The notes under the pieces: generated by a model
The model's database searches: none
Told to the model about the DNA's origin: nothing
What the model saw: the letters and a program-made list of their open reading frames with translations, nothing else
Shown: in pieces, positions 16,485 through 18,638 of the stretch
Numbering within the stretch: position 1 is the first letter of the stretch
Layout of the letters: each line of letters begins with the position of its first letter
Assembly (NCBI GenBank): GCA_964510585.1
Contig: CAZECW010000097.1
Location: 1-18,638 of the forward strand
Origin: an uncultured archaeon
GTDB lineage: Archaea > Asgardarchaeota > Jordiarchaeia > Jordiarchaeales > Jordiarchaeaceae
Direction of reading: 5' to 3'
DNA: 18,638 nt
Program-made: the position numbers and the translations under genes

Positions 16485-17360
16485 AATGATCGGAACTGCA
16501 AAGAGCCGGATGAACCCTTGAGTACTTGTCTAGGTAAACAATTTCTTCCAATTTCTTCCTAGGTGTTTTGGGCGGAGTTCTAGCAGGGTGGCCGAGAGCA
16601 ATTATGGAAACCAGTCTAACACCCTCGGGAATTTCAAGAATTTTTTTAATCCTCTCCTCGGCAAACATGAATCCCGCAGTCCAACAGGCCGCCAACCCCT
16701 TCGAAACCGCCGACAATAAAAAGTTTTCAACCGCAGCACCTACACTTAAAATAAACCAGATAGAAATAATTTCCCTGTACCTATCATACTTACCCACAAA
16801 AGGTTTAAAGAGAGCCTCTGGATCCCTCATACAAACTGCTACCAATACAGGGGCGCTGACAAGAGGATAGTATCCCGCGCCCTTAATGAGTGCCTGCACA
16901 TTAACCTGAAAACCCACCGCCCTACTCACCATCGGAACCAAAAAATCTTGCACAAACCCTTTTAATTCCTCGTCCTCAACACCCGCCTTAAGCGTCTCAA
17001 TAATCTGATTTTTAACCGATATTTCGCAGATTCTGCGAAGCTATTTGGGCGATTGTGATTTTTCCGTGTGGTTTTGGGTGTATGGTTGCGCTTTTCTATC
17101 AGCCCCCACCCTCATTTTCTCAAAAACTGGAATGATGGTGATAAACGCTTTGCAACTCCACTAAAGAATCCCTAAATCTGCGAAAAATGGGTTTTAACAC
17201 TTGGATCCCTAATTACGATAAACTCCCAGGGCTGAGCATTCTCAGCTGAGGGAGCCTTTCTAGCCATGTCTAAAAGTTGAAAAATATCTTGGTCAGAAAC
17301 ATCTTCACCTCTAAACTTCCTAATACTCTGCCTAGACTCAATAGCCTCAAACAAATCCAT
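16477..17360 (-). pseudogene. Nitroreductase-family gene interrupted by a 146-164 nt insertion (pseudogene or spliced gene)
   Basis: 5' part 17360-17178 MDLFEAIESRQSIRKF...APSAENAQPWEFIVIRD ends in TAG 17174. The 3' frame opens at 17040 (LRRICEISVKNQ...) and runs to SVGAAVENFLLSA..GL..CW and LGHP...PRK. Removing 146 nt gives a 245-aa ORF. Confidence 0.85.
17022..17185 (-). mobile_element. Hairpin-forming insertion bounded by an 11-bp inverted repeat
   Basis: TTTCGCAGATT at both ends in inverted orientation (17022-32 and 17175-85); internal arms pair by eye; no ORF. Confidence 0.5.
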
Positions 17361-17575
17361 TCAAATATCCTCCCAGGAACATCTAACTTTTTCTCAGCAA
17401 CCCATCCCAAGGGCATAAATAATCCTTTTCCTGATTAACATCTAACCTTAACGATGCTAACCTTCCGAAACCATCATCAGAACCAGAACGAATGTAGTCA
17501 CACCCATTTTACAGGACGAAGAGTAAAAATAAAGATTGGTTTTATGTGAACCCTTTAACCCCTTTTTTAGGGTTC

Positions 17576-18421
17576 TTAGGGGTCACTAGCTTTTTTTCGT
17601 TCTTCAGGCAGGTGTCTCTCTGGTGGCCCCGTATATTCTGTGATAATGGGTGGAATAATTCTCACAATTTGGCCACTCTTCAATTCCTCGATAGTGTGTC
17701 CAATTATTCCCGGCAGGTAGGAAACCACTCCCAGCAACTCCATTTCTAAAGGGTCAAATCCCAGCTCAGCCATAACCGCAGCCATCATCCCATCAGTATT
17801 AACGGGGATTTCCTTTCCAGAAGTTCTTACAAATTCGTCACGTATAGCTTCCATAAGCTTCACATATTCACTAAGCTTACCATACTTCTCAGCTAACTGC
17901 CTCAATCTAGCAGCCCGCGGATCCACCTTATACAATGGGTGCCCCAGCCCAGGAATCCTTCTCTTCTCCTTCCTGAATCTTTCCACAACTCTCTTCGCTG
18001 TTTCCTCCACACTCAGATTCTCATCCTTCATCAATTTGTACGCCTCTTTAAGCATCTCACCACTAGCCCGAGGCGAACCCGTAAAATGCCCAATACTTAG
18101 AATCCCACTAACCAATCCATGTATAGGATCCGGATTACCCGAAACCACATATCTAGCCGGCGGCGAAGCTGAACTTAAAAATCCATGGTCAACAATGCCA
18201 AAAAGGACAGCATCTAAGAGTTTCCCTTCCTCTCTAGAGGGCAATTCTCCCTTCAAAACAAGATAAAGCACCTCAGCAAAGCTGATATTGCCCATCAACT
18301 CGTCGAGAGGATAACCCCTAATGAGAATCTTACCCGGCGGCAAATCCGTTATAGCAGTCTTAAAATAGCCCTTCCACAAAGCAACTTCAGAAAACTTTTC
18401 TTCACCACCCATACAGACCAC
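17576..18421 (-). CDS. Citryl-CoA lyase / short citrate-synthase-family protein
   Basis: KTAI.....G.ILIRGYPLDEL, VDHG, IPGLGHP...VDPRA, PVNTDG, GIIGH..EE; 281 aa, shorter than standard citrate synthases. Confidence 0.85.
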   Translation of the reverse strand: MVCMGGEEKFSEVALWKGYFKTAITDLPPGKILIRGYPLDELMGNISFAEVLYLVLKGELPSREEGKLLDAVLFGIVDHGFLSSASPPARYVVSGNPDPIHGLVSGILSIGHFTGSPRASGEMLKEAYKLMKDENLSVEETAKRVVERFRKEKRRIPGLGHPLYKVDPRAARLRQLAEKYGKLSEYVKLMEAIRDEFVRTSGKEIPVNTDGMMAAVMAELGFDPLEMELLGVVSYLPGIIGHTIEELKSGQIVRIIPPIITEYTGPPERHLPEERKKASDP

Positions 18422-18638
18422 ACCCTAAAAGGATGTTATATTTTTAGCAACAAGCAGAAATTTAACCATCTATTTAAAGCTTTTCACAAACAACCACAGG
18501 TGATGTAGATTTATTTGTCTTTAGAAAGATTTTTGAAATTTGACGCGTATTTTTAACACACTATTTGAGGTGGTATTGCTTTGAGGCGCCCTGCTAAGAA
18601 ACAACTCCCAATCACACTCCCTGTCCTACGTGACGCGG

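Noticed and set aside
17020-17190. Canonical BHB at the nitroreductase insert
   Set aside because: I tried the frame-restoring boundaries by hand; none gave a 4-bp helix with two 3-nt bulges and both flanking helices.
802-18266. Short antisense or overlapping ORFs in the track (e.g. 802-996, 2818-3096, 4922-5191, 8733-8942, 13032-13316, 15227-15538, 16568-16870, 18036-18266)
   Set aside because: Shadows of well-supported genes with no motifs of their own.
11386-18546. Shared 10-mer AATTTGACGC at 11386 and 18537
   Set aside because: Only two copies in AT-rich DNA; cannot be separated from chance.
1-18638. CRISPR array, tRNA, rRNA, selenocysteine recoding
   Set aside because: No regularly spaced repeats, cloverleaf or rRNA-like sequence, and no in-frame TGA at a conserved Cys position was seen.

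Overview
Archaeal-looking window (TATA/BRE-type promoters, archaeal HypD/MEMO1/VapBC types, many GTG/TTG starts). Genes in order: fdhD, mobA, hypD, AbrB-VapC toxin-antitoxin pair, MEMO1-family protein, a degenerate NSS-family transporter plus small membrane protein, PLP aminotransferase, Rieske ferredoxin, a decaying TA cluster, two paralogous MDP-1-like HAD phosphatases around an orphan, and an acyl-CoA cluster (CoA-transferase III, FMN oxidoreductase, NDP-forming ligase alpha, nitroreductase, citryl-CoA lyase-like). Main result: hypD is interrupted inside its CGTH motif by 28 nt (2595-2622) that form a canonical bulge-helix-bulge. Cutting at the standard splicing-endonuclease positions restores the frame and the motif exactly, so this is a candidate mRNA intron. 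The nitroreductase gene carries a second, larger hairpin-forming insertion that does not fit a canonical BHB. IS200/IS605-like ends and a probable tnpB remnant are also present. No tRNA, rRNA or CRISPR array was seen. All folding and family assignments were done by eye.
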